Shown here piece by piece: positions 10,741 to 27,236 of a stretch of DNA of 64,000 nt. The notes below the pieces were generated by a model. The model searched no databases, was not told the DNA's origin, and was given only the letters and a program-made list of their open reading frames with translations. The position numbers and the translations under genes were made by a program. The stretch is from NCBI RefSeq assembly GCF_009914755.1, contig NC_060927.1; one strand, given 5' to 3'. The stretch is from the human T2T-CHM13v2.0 reference genome, Homo sapiens. Positions within the stretch are counted from its first letter, which is position 1. Each line of letters begins with the position of its first letter.

Positions 10741-13687
10741 GTAAGGGGAGCTAGTGGAGAGAGGGCATTCTGTCCTGCCAGGGTCAGGTCGGCTTCCTAG
10801 TAAAATGGCCCTGAAGGTCTGACCAGGGTCCTGGGTAGTCTGGGGGTTACTAACTTCCTAACTTTGGTAATATTAACAATTCATTCCTGATAGCCTGCAT
10901 TTAGGTCTCTCCGAATGGGGCAAAATTTCCTCCTATAATATCTAGTGAGGAAAGGGGGTCATGGAGACAGGTGGTTTTCGGGGCATCTGCTAGAGCATGC
11001 AATCTGCAGCTGGAGAAATGTGGGAATCCCTGATATAGCAATAGTCACTGCAAGAAGAAATGTAAGAGGATCACAGACTCTCTTCCCACTACACACCCAA
11101 TTTCTCTTGGTTGCTGTTTCCTGTCAGAAATGAGAGTCCCACAGAACTTGTAGGACTACCAGCAAGGAACATGTAGAGTTTACAGATGTGTTTTTTCTGT
11201 GTTTTTATTTTATTTTTTAACAGGGGATTTAATCTTCTTAATGAGGTCTGTGGCAGGGTGATATTAAAGTTGGTCCTCACTTTGCCTGACTGTGGAGTGA
11301 CAGGCATTGAAAGAAGGGGGACTGAGATGCCCTCCACCAAGGAAGCTGGCTGGGCTTGAAGCCCAGCCTGAATAATTCACCAAGTGGAGAAAGGAGAAGG
11401 AAGGATAGATTATGTTAAGCTGCGGCAAGAGCAGAGGGGCCCCATAGAGAGGAGGATGGTTGCAAACCTATGATTGCTTTTCATTTCTGATTAACATGGG
11501 ACATGCTGAAATTGAATAAGTGGCCAGTAAGGAGGCACATTTAGCATCATCTCTAATAACAGCCTTGGCAGATGAACTCATTAGGTGTATGCATGCTTGT
11601 GTCCCCCCCCAGGAATTCCCTTTAATAGAGTATTAATTAAAGTTTGATTGCTGCTCAGGAAAAAAAAAATAGCCCTACTTAATTAAGTTGAATTTTAATA
11701 TTGGGAATGCATTAAGAATCTTGGTTGTTACTGCTTCACAGCCTTTTCTGACACTGAGGGAATGAATGCAAACCATTGCAGCGCCTGTCAGAGAAAAACA
11801 TGAAAAGATAGTGTTCTCTAAACTGAGATTCCCCAGGCAGATGAAGGGCTGGCAAGCTCCCTGAAGCTGGATTTGCTTCCTCTCTGCGGGACCTGCAGCC
11901 ACTCTCTGATGAGTGTCTATAAAACAAGGGGATTAGCATTAATCCAGGGTTTCCTGCCTGGTTCTCTGCTTGATAGTGGCTCACCCAATTCTTAATGAAA
12001 GTCTCAGAAACCAAAGCCATGTGTATTCCCTTTTAATTATGAGCCTGTAGGTGATGGAATGGAGTATGAATGAACAGGAGTCATGTTCCTCATGAGGGCT
12101 GCGGTGGTGCTGGCTGCATGGAGAAGTGGTGGACCGGGGTCAGTTTCCATGGAACTACCACTCCCAAAAGAGTGACCATGGCTTCCAGGAATTCCTCTAG
12201 CTACATCTCCCACCTGCTATACACAGAGCTAGTAGGCTGGGATTCTAGACCAGATTCTGCTGCTAAAGAACCATATGAGCTTGTGCAAGTCACTATGTCC
12301 CTGGCCTTGGGTTTCCTTATCTATAAAATTATGCAGTTGGACTTGGCCCTAAGGCCCCTTATGGTTCTAATGTGAATCCAAGATTTCATTCTTCTTCTCT
12401 TCTTCTTTATTTGCTATTGGTAGTGATAATAAATAATAATAATAATTAAGCTGAAGTAGTATAGGTGATTTACCAAGCCTAAGATTTGGTTTATTGTAAG
12501 CACTCAAAATATATTACATGAGTTTTTTAAATGGACACCTATTACTTGCCAGACACATATACCATCTCATGTAACCTTCATGATAATCTTATGATATAGA
12601 TTTTATTAAACACATTTTTAAATGAGGAGACTAAGCCTCAGAAAATAACTTTTCTAAGGTTACAGACTTTCTCAGTAGTACAGCAGATATTTTACCTGTC
12701 TTCCTATTACCTACACTCTTGTTTTTTTCCTTTTCTATCTCCTCTCCTCTGTTCTTCCTTCTCCTTACTTTTATTTTTCTTTTTTGCATTTCTAAACCCC
12801 AAATCAGGGGCTTAATGGGTAGGACAGATCTTGGCTGAGAAATACACAGTGTTGCCAGGATTGGGTGTGTGGGAGACAGGAATAGTCAGGAAGTTATTGA
12901 CTATTGTTTTCCCGGATATCTCTCAAATCTTGCTAAGCTTGGTCGTGTTTGAACCTGAGACTTGTTTCCTCACTGGAACTCAGCTATAAAGTCACATTCA
13001 TGTGAAATACTACTAGAAGGAGTGGTGTGATACAGGGGGCAGGTGAAGAAAGAGAAAGAACTGAAATTTATTTAGCACAAACCATGTGCTAGGCTATCTG
13101 GCTATCTAGTTCATAGCCATGATAATTCTCGTTTTTTAAAATTCCAGTTTTACAAATGGGAAAACCAAAGTTCAGAAAAATTAATAATTTGCCCATGGTT
13201 TTATAGCTAGGTTGTAGTAAGTACGGAAATTGACCCCAGGTCTTTCTGACTCTAAAGGCCATGCTTTTTTCTCCTTTGCCACAAAGACTTTTATATAAAG
13301 GCTAGTAAACAGAGACTTGAATGAATTTTTTTTTTCCATCAGAGAATTCATTCAAACAGGAGGCTATCAGGAAATTGCATAGTCTCTTTCTCCTCAGTCC
13401 CAAAATACGAGAGAAATTTAGAGCAGCCCTGCCTGTATACAAAGGGGTTTATGGTTATGAGGCTCATTCTATTCAAGACATCTACAACTCTCTGATCATA
13501 CAGATTTTATTTTTTTTTTCAGGATGGACAGAAAAGCAACATTTTGAGTGGCTGTCACAGAGGAGCTGTTCCAGGGGACATGCAGTGGGACTTTGTATCT
13601 GCATGTTCCCTCTTGGTCACCTTCCCATCCAAACCAGTCTGTATGAGGTCCCCTTTAAGTGATTTGCTAGGCAGGGTAGAAAATAAG

Positions 13688-13790
13688 GTGTGTGTGTATG
13701 TATACATGCACATATATGTATATGTACATGTATATGTGTACACATGCACATATATGTGTACACACACATGCAAATGTTCCCACACACTAA
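13688..13790. repeat. Alternating purine-pyrimidine (TG/TA/CA) simple repeat
   Basis: GTGTGTGTGTATGTATACATGCACATATATGTATATG...ACACACATG. Confidence 0.85.
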
Positions 13791-16700
13791 GTACAGCAAG
13801 ATCTTGGATGCCAGGTAGGTCTGATTTCCAGATCTATTTTCTTATGCTTTGTGCCTTTGGGAGAATTACTCTTAATCTCTGTTGCTTTGTAATAATTATG
13901 AGGATGACTATTACAACACTCATTTTTTTTCCTAGTAGGAAACTTCCTCCCAAATTTTTCTTAGTGTTTCTTTAAAGTAGGAAGTTTCTTTAAAGTTTCT
14001 TTAATAAATTAGGAACTTAAAGACTCAACTTAGACATCATTTTTTTTTTCTTGAACTTCTTCATGGGTGCTTCCAACTTTCACCCAGACAAGAGCAGAGC
14101 ACTGTATATACCTCACACTGAGCTGTGATTCTCTCCTTCACTAAATTGGGAGTGCTAATATGTGTAGTACACACGTGGCATTAGATGTGTAGCTAGAGAT
14201 ACTACTGTGTCTGATACACAGAGGTGCTCAATAAGTATTGAATAAATGGGTTTACTTGACAATGGGAAGCTAGTCTCTCCTAAGAAAAGTAAAAGAAAAA
14301 GAAGAAGAAAAATGAGGGAAGAGTCCCTTCAATCACATTTTAATCTACTGCAGTTCTTTGACTTGAGCTCTCCAGATATTGTAAATAAGAGAGGCTGGGT
14401 GGGGAATCTAACTTGCTGAGGGGAGCTTTCCTTTAGGACCTATATATAGCAGGCAAAAATGGATTATTAGAAGACAGAAATGAGCATCCTTGAATGGTCT
14501 CATGGAAGAACTCCTGTGGTTTGGTTTTTCCATACTCTGTTTAATACCTCTCAAGACTCATCACCTCTTAAACATCACTAAGTATGGGTCCTATTTGATC
14601 CTGAGTTCATTAACTCTTGACTCCTTCCTCTTGACTCTATAGGCAAAGTTCTGGCTTTTTATTCAAGACAGGATTAGTAGTCTGTTAGGGAATTTTGAGT
14701 TGCTGTGGTTGCTTTTCCTTCTTACCGTGAATAGAGTGAATAGAAGGAAAATCTGCTCAACTTTTGCTAAAGTGGCCTTCGGTACTGCTGATAAATACTG
14801 TTATAAATCATTTCTGCCTCATTATGGCTATCTTCCTCCTTCTTTCTTTCCTTCCTCCATTTCTTCCTTCCTATAATAATTTGCAGAGTTTTTGCCTTGG
14901 TGCCAATTTGTAAAAGAATGTCCTCATAGTCTATAATTTTCAGGGAATGAAAGCCCCTTTTGTAGGAGATTTCTAAGTGGGAAGTGAATATCCACCTTTA
15001 TAAATGATTTAACCTAGACTTCCTAGGACTCCCCAGGCTAAAGTTCATAATTTTACTTTTGCCAACTTTCCACATCAAAAGATTTACTCTAATGAGTATC
15101 AGAGAGGAAACAGGAGGAAGATATAAAAAGATAACCTCCAGGCTCATTTCTTCTACAAATTCAAGTCTGCTTAATCCTATTGGCCTCTTGAATTCTTTAT
15201 TTATTGTAGGAGCCGAGAGGGTTAAAAATGTCTAACTGTTTCATCACAGTGTTAGTCATAATCTTGAATAATTAGAGACCATCTAAATGTTTCACATTGG
15301 GTGATTTCGTTAAACAAATCATAATGCATTTATATAGTAAAATATTACACAGTCATTCTAAATCACATTGCCGAAGATTATTAATGACATGAGGAAGAGC
15401 TTGTGGTATAATATATAAAAACTGTATATCCAGTACAACACAATTTCAATAACACATATAGAATAAGGACCAGAAGTAATATTTACCAGAAGTAAATATG
15501 CCAAGAATTTAAGATTGATATGGGAGATTTAATTTTTTGGCTTTTTTTTGTTTTGCAAGATTTCTTCAATGATATTTTAAATTCATAATCAGGAACAATC
15601 CAATAAATGTTATTTTTCAAAAGCAAAACTATTCATCCCTACTTATAGAGAAAAGCTACTTAAAAAAGAAAGGCAACAAACATGTACTTGGGACTTTCTT
15701 ATACATCCAGAGCCTCCACTACTAGTACAAATCATGCTGAACTTAAATACATTCTTTTTGCCTGGGGCCAAGAGGGCAGCCAGCTTTGTTTTCTGGTCTG
15801 GAGAGCTAGAGCAAGTTTGGGAGAAGCATTGACCCGAGTCCTCATTCTTTTTGTCCAGGAACATGGCATTTGTAGCACCTGCCCTGCAGAAATTGTCATC
15901 ACAGAATTCTCTTTCCTTGCTGTGTTTCCATGGAAATGCTGTAGTCACTGGGCTTTCAAAATACCTGTTTTTAGATATTTTTGTAGTATAAATATAAGTC
16001 AAGTTAAATAAGGAACATGGCCAAAGTAACCAGCCTCTGCTCTTTATTAGACAGCTTAATTAAATACCCACTTATATTTGTTTCACCTTGTGGAATCATT
16101 CTGCCACACCATTTCCTACTCAAATAGGTACAAACATACCACAGACACTCCCATATACACATGCTCCTCTATCCGCCAACTCTGGAACCAAAACTAAATT
16201 GGTCTTCAAGAGAGATGATGGCTTTAAGAACAAAAATAGCCTTATCCTCTATTTTACTTGCTGTACTGTTGTACTGTTTATTTAAGAAACAACCTGGTGG
16301 TTGATGTCCAGGAAAAATTATCCTTTCAAAATGAGGGAAGAGGAGGTTCACCATGTGGATATGGTGTGCCTTTCAACATCCTTAAGGATTGTTGATATCA
16401 TTATTGTTAATCAATTGTTGTCAGCACAGTGGCTGCCCAAGCTGTGCAAATGAAACAGCCAATCAGCAGGAGAAAGTGATGAAATTAAATGACCTCTTTC
16501 CTTAACCACTCATCCGTAAGCCTTGTTATTTTTCTTACAAACCTCCTAGGCTCTTCCTCTCTTGTCTCCTTCCTTCCTGTCTTTTTCAGTTGCCGCTTTC
16601 TCAGGCTGCCCCATTATGCAAGCAGGAGAGGGTCTGTGGGCTGGCCCTAGCTGAACTCACTGGTTCACTATTAGAGCTAATCTTATGTAGGGCATGGAAA

Positions 16701-17658
16701 GGCTCCTTTAACTGTTCCCCTATCAAGGTTCTAGAAATTCTCAAATTGGACCCATTCTTTTGGATGTAGATATTTTTGGCCACAACTACATGTGTTTCTG
16801 TAAGAAAGAATGCACAAAACCATCTACATGTATATATCAGCATGGAGCAAGCAACCATTGCCAAGAAGTGAGCGGGACTCTAAAAGAAGGGTCATAGTAT
16901 ACATATATTTTGATCAAGAAGAGAGGGTCTGGAAATGGCTGAAACATGGGATTTTTCTTTTCTGGGGAGGGGGTGGGTTGGTGAAGAAGGTACAGTGCTA
17001 TAATGTTAAACCTTAGATAAGCAGAAAGTAAAGAAGATCACCCAAGGGAGAGAAACCAACGTGGAAGACAGTGGGGGAAAAAACACGCGTGGTTGCTGCT
17101 GCCAAGCTACCTCACTCACTCCATGATTTTACCTAATTAGTTCCAGCAGACATTGGCTTGTAGTAGCTTGACAGAAAAGATCGTTCTGGCTGGATGTCAC
17201 TGACTGCTTAATAATCAGTGAAGTAGTAGCAGAAGTGTCTCTCTAATTTGGACTCTTTTCAAAGCATGTTCTTCAGCGCTAAATCGGAGGGACATACATA
17301 GAGGAAACCTTTGGGACATTGAGAGAGATAGAAAAATTACAGCCTAATAAATGGGATATTGACTCTACTCATGGTTTAGTAGCACCAACTTTTATTTCTA
17401 TCTACCTTATGGTGCTAAATCTCAGAGGTGCTTATTCAAAATTATGAGCTTGCAATTTAAGTTTGCTGCCACCAGGCAGTGACTGTGTGCACCATGTCCA
17501 CAATTTCACCTCTCTCTCTTTACATCTATTTTTCTTTTAGAACTATCAAGACTTTTTAGTTTCTAGGCTTTCCTCGGTTATCCTGAGACAAAGTGGCAAA
17601 AACGGAATAGAGAGGCCCAGCCCAGTCTAGTATCTTGAAGGACCAAATTCAATGTTGA

Positions 17659-17982
<324 letters not shown>

Positions 17983-17999
17983 AAACTATATTTTAAATG

Positions 18000-18240
18000 T
18001 AATAATATGTAGCACTGATAAGTATTGACTATATGTCAGACACTGTTGATAAGTAAGATAGATAATATATTTGTGTATACACCCATATATCAACTTATTT
18101 GTAATCTTTATCACAACTCTCTGTGAGGAAAGCACTGTTATTATCCCCATTTTACTGATAAAGAAAGCCAAGGTGCAGAGAGAATAAGTAACTTACCCAA
18201 GATTATATAGCTAATATGTGGTAGAACTAGGATTTGAAAC
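18000..18240 (-). mobile_element. MIR SINE (host of the nested Alu/L1)
   Basis: TTATCCCCATTTTACTGATAAAGAAA...AAGTAACTTACCCAAG...GGATTTGAAAC. Confidence 0.75.
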
Positions 18241-18970
<730 letters not shown>

Positions 18971-20734
18971 CCTGAAACTCTGCCTCTCTGTACAATATTT
19001 TTTCAGAGAATCCATCATCTCTTCCCTAAAGACTTAAATACACTTAGAAAATGTGTTTTCTCTCTAGAAAAAACGACAGCCAGAAAATATGAAGTGACAT
19101 TAAGCTATCATTATCAATATCCTGTACTTCCTGGTTTTATGCTGATTTGAAATTAGCATATTCACACAGCAACATGTATCCCAGCTTATATGGTCTGGAA
19201 AACTTGTTTGGTGTTTTATTTGAAAAGGAAATAAACTGAACTAATTACAACCAGACTTGCAAGCTGATAAATGTGAGGGATGCTGAATAATAATTTGCAT
19301 TCCCTATAGCAATCAGCATAATGCTGTAGGCTTATTAATACTGCCATAAATTTATCTAAAGCATTAATAATAAGAAAATAGTTCAGTCCTCACAGTCTTT
19401 GAAGTGAGCAGGGCAAATCTTATTATTCCTATTTTGTAGATAAGGAAACTAAGGCTCAGGAGGTTACTCACCTGTACAAAAAGGACATTCTTTACACTTT
19501 CTTATTCATGGCCTCCAAAGCTTATTAATCTTCCTGTTAATCTCTTCTGCCGCATCTAGGGCTTCTCTATCTAAGGAACAAAGAATAACTTGTCCAAAAT
19601 CTTGAAGACTATTTTTGTCTCTCTATATTTTTTTAATCTTCCCTTATTGAAAAGGCCATATTGTAATTTACCATACTGAGAACCAACTCGATGAAATAAT
19701 ATTCTTGAGGTAGACATTTACCTATGTTTTTAACAGGGAAGACTTTAAGATGTTAGAATCAGATGGAAACTAACCAATTTATTTTGTGCTTTCCCCAACC
19801 TACTTTACACATGATGTCATGGAGATGGAAGGGTATAGTGATTTGTGCAAAGGCACCATGAGTAACGGGAGGAACAGAAGCCAAAATCTGCATCTTCTGA
19901 CTCCATCTATCAATTTTCTCTCTCTACTGGCTTTTTTCCTGGTAGAGCCCTGAGCTTATCTTTCCTGCTAGTCAGGTGAACACTCCTGGTTTCAAAGCAA
20001 ACACCAGACTCATCTTCCCCTCTCTCATTTATGAAAATTCTCAAAGTAGTCAAAAGTGAGCTCTCTGGCAGGCCACTGGAGACCTGTATTCAGTATGATG
20101 AGGAAAAGCTATCAATAAATGATTTTTCAGTAATTCAGTTTTAACTCCTCATCATTTCCAGTGCTTATTTTGTTCAAAACACTATACTTTGCTCTTTTAA
20201 AGTTGTCTGGCCAGTAATACCTAGTTGCATTTTATCATCTTGAATATTATGGGAAAATGTCTCGTATATTTATTGAAATTAAGATAAGCCACATCTTTAG
20301 CATTCAGCTTTCTAACCAATTTAGCAATTTTAAAAAGAACAAAATAGTATGGAATATGTACAGGTTATGCTCAGTTAATGTGCATTTAGTTCTTATTGAC
20401 CACCACATTCTTTGTGTATTTGCAATATTATGATACATTTCTAGGAATCAATGTGCACAGAGTACATTACTCCCTTTCCTCCTTTCTGAAAGATGAAATA
20501 ATATTCGTTCATTCTAGTCTCCTGTTCTTCCTAGTGGTGTCTCAAAGATGACTGATCTCCTTGCTCTAAGATCATACCTGTAGGTTTCCCTGACCACAGG
20601 GAAGTTAAGCCAGGGGTGATTCCTGTCTTTAGGGACTGTCAACACCAATGGAGTAAACTTAGCAAAGACTGGTGATGAATATAAATGTAAAAACACAAAC
20701 TGACCCATAGTTGTGCTGATGAGAATGGCACTGA

Positions 20735-21100
<366 letters not shown>

Positions 21101-24100
21101 TAAGTCCTGTCCCAGTCTTGACTCAGCAAAATCTTGCTTTGTGGTCTTGTGTGAGCTTCGGTTTCTTTATCTGTAAGATGTAAAAATGCCTGCACCATAC
21201 TCAACTTGAATCTAGAATAAAATAGTAAATGGAAAAGCTTTAATGTTTCAAAGAATTATTTATCATTCAGGATGTTATTCAGCCATCAGTAAGTAACATA
21301 AATACAACAAAAATTAACAAAAGACAAAAAAAACAAAAGTAAAAAATAATTAAGAATTAGGGCATATTTGCTCATGCAGAGAAATAGACATTATGGAACA
21401 TAGTGTTATTTGACATCTGGTCTTAGGCTGAACTCTGACCTCCAGTGCCCCAGTCAGCAAAATCAGATCATTTTGCTGATGTTTGACTTTGGACCCATGA
21501 AGACATAAAAAAAGTGTGGTGGTGTCCTACCAGTTCCCTGTTACCCAATTATGACCTTTTACCATTCCTTGCTGCCCAGAAAATAAAACTCCTTCTGCAT
21601 CAACCTAAACAAACATAACTAAGGAGACAAATCCTGTCTAAAATTTTTCATTTGTTTAGAATTACCCAGGCCATTGCCTCCTTTCTATTGGCATCAATAT
21701 CTAGTTCTCTGCCCCTGTCAAGGACACTGGCTCCTTAGATAAAGTGTCATGAGGCCTTAAGCAAGCCCTCAGCAACCAACCCCATGCCTAGGTGCTGTAT
21801 AAATAGGATTTGATTGTGCTAATGATGCTTGCCCACAGGGACTTTTTCCTATCCCAAAATCACTGAGTGCTGGGACCTCTGCCAGCTCTGGACAGAAATA
21901 ATCTCATCAGCAAGTCCCAGGCTATCCCTAGGGCCTGAGGGAATTACGTCAATTGGAGAGGGTTTTTTTCACCCATACCAGTTGTCCAATTAAATAAACA
22001 ATGAGAAATTACCTTTAGAAGGCCCTGGCATGTTTTTCTGTTGGAAATTAATAATTTCTATTCCAAATATGCACATGAGATGCTCCAAATCCTCCTATTG
22101 CATGCTAACAAGACAGCCTCTTTTCCTTCTTCCCCTAATTATCTTCATGAATATATAATACATGACAGCTTTGTGTGCCTCCCTAGGAAACTCCACTGTC
22201 ATTTGCTTCCGAAGAGAATTCCTAATAGTGGACAGTCATTTAACCTCTCTGGGCCTCAGCTGCTTCGTCTGTGTAATTAAGGGGTTCACTCTAGGAGCTC
22301 TGGCAGCTCTAGAATTTTGTGATGGCTTTGTGTTATCTATTCAAATACTTTTCACAGGCTTGGCTGGCTTCACTTTCTGTGGGGCTAGGCCTACGGAGAT
22401 GCCACTTGTTCTTAACAACTGTAAACCTGCACAATGCCTAAGGGCATAAGGCTACTTGATGATGGCAAAGGCAACAATGTGGGTGATGCCTGCTCTGCAA
22501 GATTAAATTCCATGGGTTTCAGAGAGTACCGTAGGCATATGACCAAGAGCCACTGGCGACCATTCATTATGCCAGTAACCTGACTCTAGCCTAGGCTCCC
22601 CTCCCTGACATCAAGGCATGTCAAAGAGAAAAAGAAGTAAATGGTGCTTAGTGGACATTGACAGGATGCCTCACACACACCAGAAACATCTTCCCTATGT
22701 CTTCCTGATCTTTCTGACACTTGTTACTAGAGCACCTAAGGGAGCTTTTGCATCATCTCTGTGATTCCTAGTGAGTGTGACACTGACATAGTGCTGCATA
22801 AAATGGTCCAAAATCTTTCCTTTCCTTCTGGAAAATTTGTGATGGAGAAAGACTGAGAGGAGAAGTCCAAGAGAATAATCACATCCTCCCAGCAGCAAAG
22901 CCCTCAACAAATACATAACAGATAGCACTGAGTACATCTCATGTTATTTTCATGCCTGGGGATGTCCGTGCAGTTGTGGGAGTAGAAATTGTGCCTGTAT
23001 CACAACAAACAGGCCAGGGTGAGGAGGCAGGAATAGGGAGCCCTGTGACCGGTAGACGGAAGGGTGCTTGACAAATTAGCCTTACGCCATCCTCAGAAAC
23101 AGAATGAACTCAAATACCATTGCTTCTGAGACAAACACAGGCTAAAAGAACATGGCTTTCAGAAAGCCTGCTGATGAGATGATTGGAAGTAAATGATTTT
23201 CCCCTTGTCCTTTGACTCCTTAAATTGTATGAGAAGCTAAGATGTCACAAGATAATGAATGTGCCAGTTTATTTCAAGTTTTAGGGCTCTAGCTTACTCA
23301 AGGCCCTATGGAATCTAAACTTCTTAGCCACCATCATTTTCCCATTATAGTTATCACCACCTCATTTTGCTAAGCAAATCAATCTGTTTATCTCTCGGCT
23401 TCCCTCTATAAGGCATCACCTCTCCCTACTACGTTTGTATAGACTCTGCCTGCTCAGAGGAGGCTGCACCCCCTCCTATTACTTGACTGTGTTTCTCCAT
23501 TTCTTCAAACCCCCAAATCAAAACTGTTTGCAGCCTTTGTTGGTTGTCCCAGCTTCTTAGGATCTAGCCTTTACTCTCCTGATCAGCACTTGACACTTCA
23601 CTTGTGTCCTTTCAGGATTAATAATTATCCATACATGTTACTGGTCTTAGTTCATGTGCACTCTTATTTAACAGCAAACTGTGAAGTGAGCAGGGCAGAA
23701 ATTATTAAGTCCACTTGACAGATAAGGCAGCTGAGGCTCAGAGAGGTGATTTCCCAGGGCCACCAGCCTAAATGTATCAGAGCAGAGACCTAATTCAGGT
23801 TTGCAGGCTCCAGATCCTATGCTTTCCTAAGTATAGCCTGAGCCTGTTTAGTATAATAACACCAGCCCATAACTTTAGCATAGCTTTATAAAGAGCATAC
23901 TTACAATTTTGGCAACCATGACATCATCTGTTTTAACAAAGAGTCTGTGAAGTAAAACTAGGAAGATTTTTTTTAAAATATGCCTTTAGTATGTTTGTCT
24001 GTACGTATTGTGATAGATTTATGTGTGTGTGTGTTGGAACTATACATATTAGACTACATATATGTGTGGAACCATTCCATTTCTCTAATATTTTATGCCT

Positions 24101-24282
24101 TGTAGAGTCCTTTCTCATGCATTATTTCATCTTATTTCTTTCACAATCCTGCTTGAGGAGTAGGAGAACAACTAGTCTTGGAAATAGACTTGTGAACCCA
24201 AAAAAGGATGCATGTAGCTTTGGTTCACTCATTAAGCAGAGAGCATCAGGCTCACAGCAGGAGTTTGATAAATGTCTGTTGA

Positions 24283-25142
<860 letters not shown>

Positions 25143-26890
25143 AAGAAGTTTTTTATTGCTATCCGTTAGACTCTTACTTGGCATTTTCCTGAAATACCAT
25201 CCATGGAGCTGGTAGTTTGCTGATTGGAGTAGAGTCATTGAATTTCACAGCTTTATGAATGGATAGATGTTAAAATTAGGTGGCCTCCTTAGAGCTGATA
25301 ATATAAATCATGCGTTAGATTCAATCACACAGCAGTTAAGAAGCCAAGCGCCACAGGAAGGGGAACCTGTATCCGCAGTTTGATTTCTACCTATTAAGAA
25401 AGTAAGCCTGTGCTAAGACCATTTGTTAGTTCATCTCATAAACTCCTCAGTTTATTTTTGGAAGGTTGGAATCACATATTCTGGTAAATTTATGTCCCCT
25501 TTCTCATACCAATTAGTAATGTCTTCCTTCACATAATTTCCCCCTTTTAATATTTTCTGCTTTGAAACCATAACTAAAGCCAGGCCAATAGGGTTTCTGT
25601 GGTATAAGGAATATCCAACATAAGGCACTTTTTCCTTTTCAGGGATAGCAAAGGGTTAAATTAAAGGCATGTCTTCTGTTTGCTCCTGGCTGGTATGGTA
25701 GGGGGAAAAGCCAACTTTCCACCCACCATTTCTTAACTTTGTTTTCCATTCCAACCATCTCTCTGGAGTTAGGGCTTCTGGGTTTGGTGAGCTTCCCAAT
25801 AATATCTGCGGAAACTTCAATGGAACAGCTTTAGAAGGAATTTTTTTTTTAATATATCGAAAGCTCCAATATCCCATCCTAATCCAACTCAGTACAAGAG
25901 ACTATCTTGGGAACAGCTACCCTTTGCTTTAATCCTAGGTCCAAAAATGTTCATATTGAGAATCTGAAATGTAAAAGAAAAGCAATCATAAAGGTACTCA
26001 TCTTTCTATCCCCTACTCTCTTACAAGCACATCTGTACTCCTGCCTCCTTGGGAGAACTTGTAATTTCTTGCTTAAAGACTTCATGTTCTAAAAGGTGCT
26101 TTCTGGACAGGTCCTGGAACAAAGGAGAAGTTAAGCCTTTAAATCTAGACCTTAACTATCCTTCCAACTGATTTCATAACCTTAGGAGAATTTATTTATA
26201 TTTATTATTTATTTTGAATGTACTGTCAGGATTTCAGGTGGCAAGTAGTATCAACACACGTTTTGAAAAACAATAAAAATGCCAGTGGGAAAATAAAAAT
26301 ATTGACATGTAGTGAAGAGTGTATGTAGTGAACATTGTAAAGGCAGGGTAACAAGGTAATAAAGAGATAAAAGAGAGGGTATGGGTCATTATTCTTTAGT
26401 AATATGGATTGAGATGTACAAAAATAAATACAGGCTAAGTTGATTAAAGTAGCCCAAGGCATTCCTGCAATCATTCCTCAGCTCCATTTTGCCCACTGGG
26501 AGAGAATATATCCATGGAGAAATTATGTTAGCAGGTGTGGTGGTTTTGCTGTTGTACTTCTTATTTACTCTCCTGTCATTCCAGGTCTGCTTCAAAACAT
26601 GCTTAAGGGGGAGGAAACAATCTGAGGGTTTGGATTAAGTTTTATTTGAAAAGATGGCTGTGACCTGGAAGTCAGGGTTGCTGGTTCAGCGCTGGAATGG
26701 GTCAGTTAGCTTCACTTTGACATCGACTACACCCCTCACATCAGCTGGGGGCATCGCAAGTGTGTCTTTACTAGCATCGATTGTAGGCAAATCAAGTTCC
26801 ACTCCTAAAAAACAATCCAAAGCATATGGAGAAAATATCCTTTAAAAAATGTGGGTTTAAATCACATGCATTAAAATTGGATCTGGCTTA

Positions 26891-27236
<346 letters not shown>

